A DNA stretch of 62,373 nt from Sandarakinorhabdus sp. (GCA_020693225.1 JAIMJL010000003.1:1-62373), one strand, 5' to 3'; numbered from the stretch's first letter, positions 1-10,347 are shown. A program made the numbers and translations. Notes: generated from the letters alone by a model not told the origin.

Positions 1-195
1 GTTCGCGACAACAATGTCGACCAGGCGCTGCGCGCTTTGAAAAAGAAGCTGCAACGCGAAGGCGTTTATCGCGAGATGAAGCTCCGCCGCCACTATGAAA
101 AGCCATCGGAAAAGCGGGCCCGTGAAAAGGCCGCGGCCATCCGCCGCGCCCGCAAGCTGGATCGCAAACGCGCCGAGCGCGACGGTCAACGCTAG
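1..195 (+). CDS. rpsU: 30S ribosomal protein S21 (5' truncated by window edge)
   Basis: Frame 1 reads [46 protein letters not shown]...DGQR, stop TAG 193-195; canonical alphaproteobacterial S21; absent from ORF track. Confidence 0.96.
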   Translation, partial: VRDNNVDQALRALKKKLQREGVYREMKLRRHYEKPSEKRAREKAAAIRRARKLDRKRAERDGQR

Positions 196-243
196 GCTGG
201 GTTGGTCGCCGATCCGGCGGCCCTATCGAAATGGGATGTGAAC

Positions 244-750
244 ATGGGTCCTGAAGCGCGTCAGTCTGGCGGTTTCGGCTGGTGGATTGTGGCTGGCGTT
301 TCGGCGCTTGCGATAGCGGTTGGCCTTGCAGTTGTTGGTACCGGCCCGCTTGTGGCGCCGGCGCGGGCGGCAGATGCCTTTTTGCAAGCAAACAAGGGAA
401 AAGACGGCGTGAAAACCACCGAATCCGGCCTGCAATATGAAATTCTGGCTGTGGGCACCGGCGATTCGCCGCGCGCCGACGATACCGTGCTGGTTCACTA
501 TGAAGGGCGGCTGGCAGACGGGACGGTGTTCGACTCGTCCATCGCGCGCGGCCAGCCGGCGGCGTTCGGCGTGGGCGATGTGATCCCTGGCTGGACCGAA
601 GGGCTGCAGTTGATGCGGCCGGGCGGCAAGATGCGTTTCACCATTCCGCCCGAGCTTGGCTATGGCGCCCGCGGCGCTGGCGGGGTAATCCCGCCCAATG
701 CGGTACTTGTGTTCGATGTGGAGTTGCTGGCGATCGCGCCAAGGAATTAA
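244..750 (+). CDS. FKBP-type peptidyl-prolyl cis-trans isomerase with N-terminal membrane anchor
   Basis: TTESGLQY, VHYEGRLADGTVFDSS, VIPGWTEGL, IPPELGYG motifs; ATG 244 chosen as start. Confidence 0.93.
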   Translation: MGPEARQSGGFGWWIVAGVSALAIAVGLAVVGTGPLVAPARAADAFLQANKGKDGVKTTESGLQYEILAVGTGDSPRADDTVLVHYEGRLADGTVFDSSIARGQPAAFGVGDVIPGWTEGLQLMRPGGKMRFTIPPELGYGARGAGGVIPPNAVLVFDVELLAIAPRN

Positions 751-1666
751 TGGCGCTCTGGCGCTGCTGCTGGCGGCAGCGCCGGTTGCCGCCCAGGACA
801 GCATCGAGATCGTGGCGGCACCGCGCCCGGTGGCTGATATCCTCGTGAAATCCACGCCGATGTCAGCTCGGGTGGCGTTGAACTTCGAGCGTGCCCTGTT
901 TCTGAATTTGCCGGCAGCGCAGCGGGCAAAACTGAAGCCATTTCCGATCATCGGCAAGATGACGGTGAAGAATCCTTTGCTGCCGGGCGGCGAAGCGACG
1001 ATTCGCGGCAATTTCGTGAGCGCAGGGATTGTCGGCAGCAAGCCGCAGCGGACGCCGACCATCTGGATCGACAAGATCATCAACACCCAGGAAGACGGGG
1101 TGATTTCCATCTTCGCCTATCCGCAAGCACAGGTGACGCTGGTGCAGCCGGCAGCGCCGCAGGGCGGGCAAACCATCGCCTTTGCGCGTGATGGCAAGGA
1201 GGATGCCGATGCCAAGGTGACGATTGCCGGCGAGAAAATCACCCTGGTGCTGGACCATTCCACCAACCTGACGGTGATGAACGCACGTGCGGCGGTCGCG
1301 CTGGAAAGTGCCGGGCTGGTGCGGCGCGGGCGAACGGTGGGGCTGTGGTCGCCGCTGCCGGGGGTTCAGTTGCCGGTGGAGCGGCTGATCCCGCTTGCCG
1401 GCGCCAAGGTGCTGGGCATTCCGCTGCAGGAGCCTTTTGCGCGCATTACCGAGGCGCGCGCCAGGGAACTGGATGCACAAGCCAAGGCCGGAACCAGCAC
1501 GGCGGAAGACGAGGAAGACGCCATCGTGGTGACCGCAGAAAAGGAGCGCAAGCGCGGCCGCGGCCCATGGATTTCGGTGGGGCAGGATGTGCTGCAATTT
1601 TGCAGCCGGATTGCGCTTGATCGGCCGGGCAAGCGTTGGGTGCTGACCTGCGATTTTCCCGGCTGA
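716..1666 (+). CDS. exported hypothetical protein
   Basis: Long ORF with host-like codon usage and signal peptide ALALLLAAAPVAA-QD; start uncertain (ATG 716 overlaps the FKBP 3' end). Confidence 0.7.
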   Translation: MWSCWRSRQGINGALALLLAAAPVAAQDSIEIVAAPRPVADILVKSTPMSARVALNFERALFLNLPAAQRAKLKPFPIIGKMTVKNPLLPGGEATIRGNFVSAGIVGSKPQRTPTIWIDKIINTQEDGVISIFAYPQAQVTLVQPAAPQGGQTIAFARDGKEDADAKVTIAGEKITLVLDHSTNLTVMNARAAVALESAGLVRRGRTVGLWSPLPGVQLPVERLIPLAGAKVLGIPLQEPFARITEARARELDAQAKAGTSTAEDEEDAIVVTAEKERKRGRGPWISVGQDVLQFCSRIALDRPGKRWVLTCDFPG

Positions 1667-1759
1667 CGGGCGACAAACGCCGCATTATGCCAGCTATGCA
1701 ACGCGGTTTGCGTAGCCCACTGGCGATTTTCATTGCAATGCCCTGAAAGGATTTACGCC

Positions 1760-3013
1760 ATGCCGGAAGCCTATATCATCGATGCCGTTCGGACGCCGCG
1801 CGGGATTGGCAAGGTGGGCAAGGGTGCGCTTGCCGACATGCATCCGCAGCATCTGGCGGCTGCGGTGCTGCGGGCGATTGCCGAAAGGAATGGGCTGAAT
1901 ACCGCCCATGTGGACGACATCATCTGGTCTACCAGCACGCAAAAGGGCAAGCAGGCCGGCGATCTGGGGCGGATGGCAGCGCTGGATGCCGGCTATGATC
2001 TGAAAGCTTCGGGCACCACGTTGGATCGCTTCTGCGGCGGCGGGATCACCACCGTGAATCTGGCGGCCGCCTCCATCATGAGCGGCATGGAAGATGTGGT
2101 GATCGGTGGTGGCACGGAAATGATGAGCCTGACCGCGACCATGGCGGCGGAAGAGCGGGCGGCAGGCTTTGCACCGATGATGATGGGCAGCGGCAATGCG
2201 CGGTTGCAGGCCTCGCATCCACAATCGCACCAGGGCATTTGCGGCGATGCCATTGCCTCGATGGAAGGGATTTCGCGCAGCGACCTGGATGCGCTGGCGC
2301 TGGAGAGCCAGCAGCGAGCGGCCCGGGCCATGGCAGACGGGGCTTTCGACAAATCGTTGATCAAGGTGTTTCGCGCCGATGGTTCGCTGGCGCTGGAGCG
2401 CGATGAGTTTCCCCGCCCGCAGACAACCGCCGAAGGCCTTGCCGGGCTGGAGCCGAGCTTTGCCAAGATCGCTGATATGCCACTCGACGCGGCAGGCACC
2501 ACATTTCGTGGCCTGATCAACGCGCGCTATCCCGATGTCAAAATCGAGCATGTGCACCATGCCGGTAATTCCTCGGGCGTGGTGGATGGCGCAGCAGCGG
2601 TGCTGCTCGCCTCAAAAGCCTATGCGGAGGCCAACGGGCTGAAACCGAGGGCGCGGGTTGTGGCGATGGCAAATATGGGCGATTGCCCGACGTTAATGCT
2701 GAATGCACCGGTGCCGGCAGCCCGCAAGGTGCTGGCCAAGGCCGGGCTGGGCGTGGACGACATTGATCTGTGGGAAATCAACGAAGCCTTTGCGGTGGTG
2801 GCGGAGAAGTTCATCCGCGACCTGCGGCTTGACCGCGACAAGGTGAATGTGAACGGCGGCGGGATTGCGCTGGGGCATCCGATCGGTGCCACGGGCGCGA
2901 TGTTGATAGGTACGGTGCTGGACGAGCTGGAACGGCGAGACCTGCGGCGCGGGCTGGTGACGATGTGCGCCGCAGGCGGCATGGCACCGGCGATCATTAT
3001 CGAACGGGTTTGA
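1760..3013 (+). CDS. acetyl-CoA C-acyltransferase (thiolase)
   Basis: DAVRTPRG, LDRFCGGG (catalytic Cys), NEAFA, GHPIGATG, MCAAGGM motifs. Confidence 0.95.
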   Translation: MPEAYIIDAVRTPRGIGKVGKGALADMHPQHLAAAVLRAIAERNGLNTAHVDDIIWSTSTQKGKQAGDLGRMAALDAGYDLKASGTTLDRFCGGGITTVNLAAASIMSGMEDVVIGGGTEMMSLTATMAAEERAAGFAPMMMGSGNARLQASHPQSHQGICGDAIASMEGISRSDLDALALESQQRAARAMADGAFDKSLIKVFRADGSLALERDEFPRPQTTAEGLAGLEPSFAKIADMPLDAAGTTFRGLINARYPDVKIEHVHHAGNSSGVVDGAAAVLLASKAYAEANGLKPRARVVAMANMGDCPTLMLNAPVPAARKVLAKAGLGVDDIDLWEINEAFAVVAEKFIRDLRLDRDKVNVNGGGIALGHPIGATGAMLIGTVLDELERRDLRRGLVTMCAAGGMAPAIIIERV

Positions 3014-3061
3014 GCGATTGCGGCACCTGCGGCCTTCCGCTGGTGCCGCGACCAGCCAAGA

Positions 3062-3400
3062 TCAGCCGCCCGAGCCGGGCTCGGTCGAAAAGTGGGCATC
3101 GAACTTGCCCGGTACGCCCTTCCACCCGTCAGCGTCGGCCGGGGTTTCACCCTTCACGGTGAGGTTGGGCCATTCGGCGGAATATTTGGCGTTCAGCTCG
3201 ATCCATTTGTCGAGGTTGGGCTCCGTGTCGGGCATGATGGCCTCGGCCGGGCACTCCGGCTCGCAGACGCCGCAATCGATGCATTCATTGGGGTTGATCA
3301 CGAGCATATTCTCGCCCTCATAGAAGCAGTCGACGGGGCAGACTTCCACGCAATCCATATATTTGCACTTGATGCAGGCTTCGGTCACCACATAGGTCAT
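3062..3400 (-). CDS. fdxA: 7Fe ferredoxin FdxA
   Basis: [26 protein letters not shown]...[12 protein letters not shown]. Confidence 0.95.
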   Translation of the reverse strand: MTYVVTEACIKCKYMDCVEVCPVDCFYEGENMLVINPNECIDCGVCEPECPAEAIMPDTEPNLDKWIELNAKYSAEWPNLTVKGETPADADGWKGVPGKFDAHFSTEPGSGG

Positions 3401-3485
3401 CGTGTCAGTTTCCCCAATAAACGGTTTCCTGCGCTAGCGCGGGCGCTCGCATGCCGTCAATCCTGTTGCCGCAAAGCCTTGCAAT

Positions 3486-3740
3486 TCAGGCAGGAAGCAG
3501 CGGCGTATACAGGTCTCGGGCTTCCACGAACGGCCCGCGTCGCTCGGCCAGCGCCTCCACCCGCACGGCAACCACGGCGTCACCCCTGGGAAAGGAAACG
3601 ACCGAGCCGGGGCGCACCTGGGCGCAGCTTCGGTCTATCACCCTGCCATCGAGCCGCAGGCGGCGGCTCTCGCACAGGGATTGGGCATCGGTGCGCGAGC
3701 CGGAAAGGCGGGCGAACCACAGCCATTTGTCTAGTCTCAT
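3486..3740 (-). CDS. S4-domain RNA-binding protein (Hsp15-like)
   Basis: MRLDKWLWFARL...ERRGPFVEARDLY; usual helicase-Hsp15-fdxA synteny. Confidence 0.88.
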   Translation of the reverse strand: MRLDKWLWFARLSGSRTDAQSLCESRRLRLDGRVIDRSCAQVRPGSVVSFPRGDAVVAVRVEALAERRGPFVEARDLYTPLLPA

Positions 3741-3794
3741 GCCGCGTCCATAGACCAAGTGTCAGTCTCCTCCCTGAACGGGGCGCTGCATAGG

Positions 3795-6371
3795 CTAGCC
3801 CCCCATCATTTCGCCGAGCCGGGCAAAAGGCAGCGCTGCGTCGGCAACAGGCGTGGCCTCTCCTGCCTTGCGGCGGGATGTTTGATTTCGGGTGCGGTGG
3901 CTGAAAGCGAATCCGGCGGCGCCCACGGCACGGAAGCCGAGCGCGGCCATCAGCCGGGAAAATTCGTCCGGGGCCAGCCCCAGGCTGGTCATCAGCTGCG
4001 GATCGGGAAGGATCGGCTTGCCGCCGGCACGCTCGGAAAGGCGTTGGTCGTGCACATTACGGGCAGTGCGCTCAACCATATCTACCCGCACTGCGACGCC
4101 GGCAATCGCCCAGAAGCCGGCTACCGCATAGAAACCCGGTGGCGCTTGCGGGTCCAGCTTCAGTGAGGTGAGGCCGGGCTTCGGTGGCGCTGGCATGGCG
4201 GTGATCCCGGATGCAACGCCCCACAGCGCAAGGCGCCAGCGGGTGGCTTCCGGGCGCAGCGCATCGGCGGCGAATATGTGGCACACGCCCAGCCGAACGC
4301 CGACGCGGCTCAATGCCTTGCGATCATCACCGGTCAGGCTGGCGATCAGCGACGCAACGGCAGGGCGCGGAAGCGATCCCATGGTTTCGACGAGCTGCAC
4401 CACAAGGCCGCGCGCGGCCGGCGTGAGGGCGGGGGCGGCGGCTGCGAGGCGGGTGAGGGCAGACAAGTGCTTCGCCTTGGCGCTTTCGACCCAGGCGGCG
4501 AGGCGCGCGACGACAGCTGCGCGGGCCGTGCTGTCCAGCGTGTCGAGGCTGCGGTCCAGCTCGATTCGCGGGTTCAGCGCATCCTTGCCGCGCCGCAGCG
4601 CACCCACGCGGGCATCGCGCCACAGCAAGCGTGGCGGCATGCCGCCATCGAAGCCGAGGGCGAAATCGGCATCTTCGCTTGTCGCAAGGGCTGACGCGCG
4701 GGCACGCAATTCCTTGGACAGGCGGCGCTCGGCGGCGGCCAGCAACAGCTTTTTCTCGCCGGCGCGGGCGGCCGGATCGGGGGTGAAGGCAAAGCCCTTC
4801 AACGTGCCGATGATGGCACCATCCACCACCACCGCTCCATCGGGATCGACCTCTACGCGCAGATCGGGATCGCGCAGGCGCAGATCCTTGAGCAAAACGG
4901 CCGTGCGGCGATCGACGAAGCGCTGGGTCAGGCGCTGGTGCATCGCATCCGACAGCTTGTCTTCCACCTGCCGCGCGCGCTCGGCCCAGCCAGCGGCATC
5001 TTCCAGCCAATCGGAGCGGTGCGAAACATAGGTCCAGGTACGTGCAGCTGCGATGCGATCGGATAGCGTGGCGATGTCGCCGGATACATTGTCCAGCACG
5101 GCCAGCTCGGAGCGGATCCAGTCTGGCGGCAGGTGGCCATTGCCTTCGGAAAGGTGGCGGAACATCCGCCCGGCAAGGCGTGCGTGCGCTTGCGGGCCGG
5201 TTTTGCGATAATCCGGCAGGCCGCAGGCGGCCCACAGGCGCATGATGGCGGGTTTGCCCTGCGCGCGCTCCATCACCCACGGCTCGCCGGCCAGCACCTT
5301 CAGCACCTGCAGATCGATCGCATCGTCGCTGCGGCGCAGCTCGGGCGACGAGGGCAGGGCATCGAGGCTCATCAGCAAGCGATGCAGCGAGGTGAAATCC
5401 AGCCGGGCGTTGCGCCAGGTGAGGCTGTGCAGCGCGGGAAATTCATGTGCTTCGATGGCTTCGATTTCGGCTTCTGTGAGGGTGGGCGAGCCGCCCTCTT
5501 CGGCGCGCCCAAGCTGCACGGTGCCGAAAGTGCCGTCGCGCTGGTGGCGACCGGCACGACCGGCGATCTGGGCCAGCTCGGAAACGGTCAGCCGGCGGTG
5601 GCGGCGGCCGTCGAACTTGGCGGAAGCGGCAAAGGCGACATGCCCGATGTCCATGTTGAGCCCCATGCCGATGGCATCTGTCGCGACCAGATAATCGACT
5701 TCGCCGGACTGGTAGAGCGCGACCTGGGCATTGCGGGTGCGCGGCGAGAGGCCACCCATGACCACTGCAGCGCCACCTTTGTGCCGCCGCAGCATTTCGG
5801 CAAGCGCATAGACATCTTCGGCAGTGAAGCCGACGATGGCCGAGCGCGGCGGCAGGCGAGAGAGCTTTTTCGGCTCGGCATATTCCAGCCGAGAAAAACG
5901 CGGGCGGGCAACCACATCGGCATCGGGCAACAGGCGACGGATCAGCGGGCGCAACACGTCCGAGCCAAGGATCATCGTTTCCGCCGTGCCGCGGGTGTGC
6001 AGCATCGCGTTGGTGAACACATGGCCGCGTTCGGGATCGGCACCCATCTGGCCTTCATCAAGCGCCACGAAGGGGAAGCTGCGATCGGTGACCATGCTTT
6101 CGGCCGTGCAGAGGAAATAGCGTGCGCCGGGCGGCACGATGCGCTCTTCCCCCGTGACGAGGGCAACCTGTGGCGCGCCTTTCAGCGCAACCACCCGATC
6201 ATAGACCTCGCGCGCCAGCAGGCGCAGCGGGAAGCCCATCATGCCGCCGGTATGGGCGCACATGCGTTCGACCGCGAGGTGGGTCTTGCCGGTGTTGGTG
6301 GGGCCAAGCACGGCGGTCAACTGGGCGCCGAAGCGGCCAGAGGAGGATCCGCCGGAGCCCTGTCCGCTCAT
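3795..6371 (-). CDS. Suv3/MgpS-like ATP-dependent helicase
   Basis: LGPTNTGKT Walker A, PLRLLAREVY, VATDAIGMGLNM, QIAGRAGR motif VI. Confidence 0.92.
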   Translation of the reverse strand: MSGQGSGGSSSGRFGAQLTAVLGPTNTGKTHLAVERMCAHTGGMMGFPLRLLAREVYDRVVALKGAPQVALVTGEERIVPPGARYFLCTAESMVTDRSFPFVALDEGQMGADPERGHVFTNAMLHTRGTAETMILGSDVLRPLIRRLLPDADVVARPRFSRLEYAEPKKLSRLPPRSAIVGFTAEDVYALAEMLRRHKGGAAVVMGGLSPRTRNAQVALYQSGEVDYLVATDAIGMGLNMDIGHVAFAASAKFDGRRHRRLTVSELAQIAGRAGRHQRDGTFGTVQLGRAEEGGSPTLTEAEIEAIEAHEFPALHSLTWRNARLDFTSLHRLLMSLDALPSSPELRRSDDAIDLQVLKVLAGEPWVMERAQGKPAIMRLWAACGLPDYRKTGPQAHARLAGRMFRHLSEGNGHLPPDWIRSELAVLDNVSGDIATLSDRIAAARTWTYVSHRSDWLEDAAGWAERARQVEDKLSDAMHQRLTQRFVDRRTAVLLKDLRLRDPDLRVEVDPDGAVVVDGAIIGTLKGFAFTPDPAARAGEKKLLLAAAERRLSKELRARASALATSEDADFALGFDGGMPPRLLWRDARVGALRRGKDALNPRIELDRSLDTLDSTARAAVVARLAAWVESAKAKHLSALTRLAAAAPALTPAARGLVVQLVETMGSLPRPAVASLIASLTGDDRKALSRVGVRLGVCHIFAADALRPEATRWRLALWGVASGITAMPAPPKPGLTSLKLDPQAPPGFYAVAGFWAIAGVAVRVDMVERTARNVHDQRLSERAGGKPILPDPQLMTSLGLAPDEFSRLMAALGFRAVGAAGFAFSHRTRNQTSRRKAGEATPVADAALPFARLGEMMGG

Positions 6372-6534
6372 GCCGGGATGCCGCTCAAGAGGGCTTCGCC
6401 GCGCGGTTGCAGGATACGATCGGCGTCATGCTGAACGGAAAGTGGTTGGTGGCAGCGCCCGCTGCAAGTGGGCTTTGAGCAAACCCTTCTGGGGACCCCT
6501 GAGCAAATCCGGCATGGGCAAGGCCTTACCTGTT

Positions 6535-6555
6535 TGACACCCATATCTTGTGTCA
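6535..6555. promoter_or_regulatory. palindromic operator-like site (NrdR-box-like core)
   Basis: TGACAC-CCATATCTT-GTGTCA 6-9-6 inverted repeat overlapping TTGACA in the divergent intergenic region. Confidence 0.4.
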
Positions 6556-6921
6556 CAGGCCCACTCGCGACGCAAGTGGTGGATTTGTGACAGATACAGG
6601 TGAGCAGCGACGACAGATTGCCGCGCCACCGGTCAGTTCGTCGCTTAGAAGGGGCGTTTCGTCTTATGCGGTGCAACAGGTCGCGCGACGGCAATTGACC
6701 CTGACAGTGCTTTGAATCACGGTTGCAGAACAAGGCCTTACGGCGAGTTTTTTGGCAGTTTTGTGGCAATCTTGACGGGCGGTCACGACAGGCAGGCACG
6801 GTTATGGGTTCGCAGGATCAGAGGGGAGTGGTCGTCCTTGAATATTGCGAACATCGCACCCTCCTGCTTCGCGAAGTTGCGGCGTAGGCAGGTGATGTGC
6901 TTGTGATTTCAGGAATTTCGG

Positions 6922-8484
6922 TTGCCATTTGCGAAGCTGTGCGAGGAGCGGACCGACTTGGCTAGTGCAGCGGATCTGACTTTTGGCCGGATGAATGCCG
7001 GTGCGTCCGGCCGCCCGTCGGTCGCCCTGCTGCGGCTGCGGCTGCCCGGACCTGGCGACCTGCGGCTGGATCGCTTGGGGTCCAGCCTGTCTGACCGCGA
7101 ATTGCTGGTCGATCTGGGCGATTGCATCGGGTCGGGCCGCTGGTGGCGCGGTGTTGCAACCCTAGCAGTGCTGGTGGGGGCCGCAGGCACGCTGGCGTTG
7201 AAGACACCGGTGCTGACCGGCGTGGTGCCAGCCGCGCGCAGTGATGCGGCGCTGGAGGAGACACGGGCGGATGCGATTGCGCCGCAGGCGATGGGCAGTG
7301 TGACCGGCCGGGTCGTGCCGCCCACGCGGGCCGTGCGGCGGCTTTCGGAAGTGCCTGAGCGGCCGCGCATCGAATTGCGAGCGCGGGTTGGCGAAGGCGG
7401 GCTGGAGTCGGCGTTGCGGCGGTCCGGGGTAGGGCGCGAGGATCTGCTGGCATTGGGCGGCCTGATGAATGGCGTTGTCAATCTGCGCGGGCTGAAGCCT
7501 GGCACCGAGCTTTCGATGGTCATGGGGCGACGGGAGAAAAAGGCTGATCCGCGGCCGCTGATGTTCCTTGGTTTCCGCTCGGCCTTCGACATGCGGCTGG
7601 AGGTGGTGCGGGCCGAAAGTGGCGTGCTCGCCATGAAGCGGATTCCGATCAAGGTGGACAAAACGCCGCTGCGCGTGACGGGGCAGGTGGGTGGTTCGTT
7701 GCATCGGGCAGCGCGGGCGGCAGGTCTTCCGGCGGGCGTGATTGCCGATTATGTGAAGCAGATGTCCTATGTCGTTGATTTCCAGCGCGAGGTCGGCGGC
7801 AAGGATCGCTTCGAGTTCATCGTGGAGCATCGCCGCGCGGAAACCGGTGAACGCGAGATGGGGCAGTTGCTCTATGCCGGCCTGCAGAACGGCAAGCAGC
7901 AGATTTCGCTGATGCGCTGGGGCAATGGCGGGCAATTCTTCCGCGCCAACGGCGAAGGCGCGAAAAAGGGCCTGATGCGCACACCGGTGGAGGGCGCGCG
8001 GCTGTCATCCGGGTTCGGCATGCGATTCCACCCGATCCTCGGATTTTCGCGGATGCACCAGGGGGTGGATTTCGCGGCCGGAACGGGCACCCCGGTTTTG
8101 GCATCGGCTGCGGGCCGCGTGATCCAGTCGGGTTGGGCCGGCGGCTATGGTAATGTGATCAGGATCGATCATGGCAAGGGGCTGGTGACGCGCTATGCGC
8201 ACCTGTCGCGACTCATTGCCAAGACCGGGCAGCAGGTTGGCCAGGGCGATCGGGTGGGGCTGGTCGGCTCTACCGGTCTCTCCACCGGGCCGCACCTGCA
8301 CTATGAAGTGTGGCAGAACGGCAAGCCGGTCGATCCGCGCCAGACACGGTTCCAGACCGGCACGCAGCTTGGCGGCAGCGATCTGGCGGCGTTCAAGGCG
8401 GAAATGGCGCGACTGAAGGCGATTGCGGCGGCAGGTGGCCCGGTGGTTGCGGAGGCATCGGAGGCGAAGGGCCGCAAGGGCTAG
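6922..8484 (+). CDS. M23 family metallopeptidase (MepM/NlpD-like)
   Basis: LSSGFGMRFHPILG, HQGVDF, YAHL, STGPHLHYEV zinc motifs; start uncertain. Confidence 0.92.
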   Translation: MPFAKLCEERTDLASAADLTFGRMNAGASGRPSVALLRLRLPGPGDLRLDRLGSSLSDRELLVDLGDCIGSGRWWRGVATLAVLVGAAGTLALKTPVLTGVVPAARSDAALEETRADAIAPQAMGSVTGRVVPPTRAVRRLSEVPERPRIELRARVGEGGLESALRRSGVGREDLLALGGLMNGVVNLRGLKPGTELSMVMGRREKKADPRPLMFLGFRSAFDMRLEVVRAESGVLAMKRIPIKVDKTPLRVTGQVGGSLHRAARAAGLPAGVIADYVKQMSYVVDFQREVGGKDRFEFIVEHRRAETGEREMGQLLYAGLQNGKQQISLMRWGNGGQFFRANGEGAKKGLMRTPVEGARLSSGFGMRFHPILGFSRMHQGVDFAAGTGTPVLASAAGRVIQSGWAGGYGNVIRIDHGKGLVTRYAHLSRLIAKTGQQVGQGDRVGLVGSTGLSTGPHLHYEVWQNGKPVDPRQTRFQTGTQLGGSDLAAFKAEMARLKAIAAAGGPVVAEASEAKGRKG

Positions 8485-8507
8485 CGCCCTTTCCGGAGCG
8501 CGCCACC

Positions 8508-9416
8508 CTATTCCGCGGAGCGGATGCGCGTGGCCATCCAGCCGGGGCCGACCATCATGTTGCCGCTGACATCGCCTTGCAGGCTGCTGCCGTTGGCGCG
8601 GTTGAGGCGGATGGCGGTGCCGCGCAGGCGGCCGTCGACAATGGGACTGCCCTGGTCGGCATCGAGCATCTGAAAGCGTTGGGTGAGCGTGGTCACAAAG
8701 CGTTCATTGCCGATCTCGAAGGCCCAGCGGCCGGCGGCGTTGGCGGGGACCACCCAAAAGAAGCCCGTGGCATCGTCGGTGAGGATGGTTTGATCGGGCG
8801 TCCATTCGGCCATGTCGAAAGCATGGCTGACGATGCGGGTGCCGGGCTTCATTTTCAGCAGCGTGTCACGCAATTTGAGATTCAAGCTAGGCAACAGGTA
8901 GAGCGTGACCACCGTCGCGCGCGAAAAATCTGTCTGGAAGATATCGGCGGTTTCAAAGGTGACTTTGGTGCCGACCCCTTCTTTCACCGCGCTGCGCAGC
9001 GCCAGCATCACCATGTCTGGATTATACTCGATGCCGTGCGCGCGGGCACCGAAATCCCGCGCGGCGGCGATTGCAATGCGGCCATCGCCGGAGCCGAGAT
9101 CAACCACCATGTCGCGCGGGGTGACTTGCGCGACGGTCAGCATGGCCTTGATCAGGCCGTCGGGTGTGGGAACCCAGATCACGTCCTTGCCGTCTTGCCC
9201 CACTTGCGGCTGGTAGCGATCGTCTCCGGCCGGCTGGCTTTTCAGCAACGGCATGACATCGGTTGGGCCATCGATTTTCAGCGGGTTGCTGATGATCGGG
9301 CCGCGCAGGGGATCCTGCATTTCCGGGCTGGTCTGGATCACGCGAATCTGTGCCATGATCGGGCTGGCGGAGGCTGCAAGGAGCAGCGCTGCCAAATATG
9401 TCTGCTTGGCCATCAC
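8508..9416 (-). CDS. class I SAM-dependent methyltransferase with predicted signal peptide
   Basis: VVDLGSGDGRI motif I, GIEYNP, ATVVTLYLLP; N-terminal YLAALLLAASASPIMA. Confidence 0.88.
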   Translation of the reverse strand: MMAKQTYLAALLLAASASPIMAQIRVIQTSPEMQDPLRGPIISNPLKIDGPTDVMPLLKSQPAGDDRYQPQVGQDGKDVIWVPTPDGLIKAMLTVAQVTPRDMVVDLGSGDGRIAIAAARDFGARAHGIEYNPDMVMLALRSAVKEGVGTKVTFETADIFQTDFSRATVVTLYLLPSLNLKLRDTLLKMKPGTRIVSHAFDMAEWTPDQTILTDDATGFFWVVPANAAGRWAFEIGNERFVTTLTQRFQMLDADQGSPIVDGRLRGTAIRLNRANGSSLQGDVSGNMMVGPGWMATRIRSAE

Positions 9417-9456
9417 CTGCCACTATCTGCCAGCAAACCGCTTCCTATGCGAGGGG

Positions 9457-10347
9457 CTAGTGTTGCCCTGGCGCGACAGGCGGCGGCGAATCCGGGGTCC
9501 AGCGGCTGAAAAGTGCGGTGGGGAGAAGGATACCCCGCGCAGCCTCGCGAATGGCCATTTCTCCGCTTTCTATCTGGCCAGCCGGGAAAGCGGTGTCGCG
9601 CATGAGGGCATCGACCGCGACCGACGACAGCCGCAGCGCATAGGTTGTGAGGATGAGCAGCTTGCTGTCCTGATCGAGCAGTTGCGCGCAATCGGCGAGC
9701 AGGGCCGGGAGATGCTGGGTCAGATCCCAAACTTCGCCTTCCGGGCCACGGCCGAACTTCGGCGGATCGAGCAGAATGGCATCATAGCGTTTGCCGCGGC
9801 GGATTTCGCGGGCAACGAATTTGCGCGCGTCGTCGGTCAGCCAGCGGATGCGGGCATTGTGCAGGCCGGAAAGGACGGCGTTGGCGCGGGCGGCCTCGAC
9901 CGCCCTTTTGCTGGCATCGACATGGGTGACGCGGGCGCCGGCAGCGGCTGCGACCAGCGAAGCGGCGCCGGTGTAGCCGAACAGGTTAAGCACTTCGCTG
10001 CCGGGCGCGGATACGGCGGCGAGTGCCTGCCAGTGCGGCGCCATATCGGGGAAGAAGGCGAGATGGCGGAAGGGCGTGCAGGCCGCGTGCAGCCTGATGC
10101 CGGCCTGCTCGATCGGCCAGCTGGCGGGCAGTGTGCCGGAAACATGCCAGCGGCCGCCGCCTTCTTCATCCGATCCGCCGATGAACTCGGCGTCGGCTGG
10201 CCAATCGAGGCTAGCGGGGCGCCACATAGCCTGTGCTTCCGGGCGGATGAAGCGGTAGGGGCCGCAGCGCTCCAGCTTGCGACCGTGGCCGCTATCCAGC
10301 AGCGCATAGTCGGCGCTGGGTTCGGCAACCAGAACGGGCAGGTTCAC
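9457..10347 (-). CDS. SAM-dependent methyltransferase, RlmI/RlmK-like
   Basis: VLNLFGYTG, HVDASK, ILLDPPKFGRG motifs. Confidence 0.88.
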   Translation of the reverse strand: MNLPVLVAEPSADYALLDSGHGRKLERCGPYRFIRPEAQAMWRPASLDWPADAEFIGGSDEEGGGRWHVSGTLPASWPIEQAGIRLHAACTPFRHLAFFPDMAPHWQALAAVSAPGSEVLNLFGYTGAASLVAAAAGARVTHVDASKRAVEAARANAVLSGLHNARIRWLTDDARKFVAREIRRGKRYDAILLDPPKFGRGPEGEVWDLTQHLPALLADCAQLLDQDSKLLILTTYALRLSSVAVDALMRDTAFPAGQIESGEMAIREAARGILLPTALFSRWTPDSPPPVAPGQH

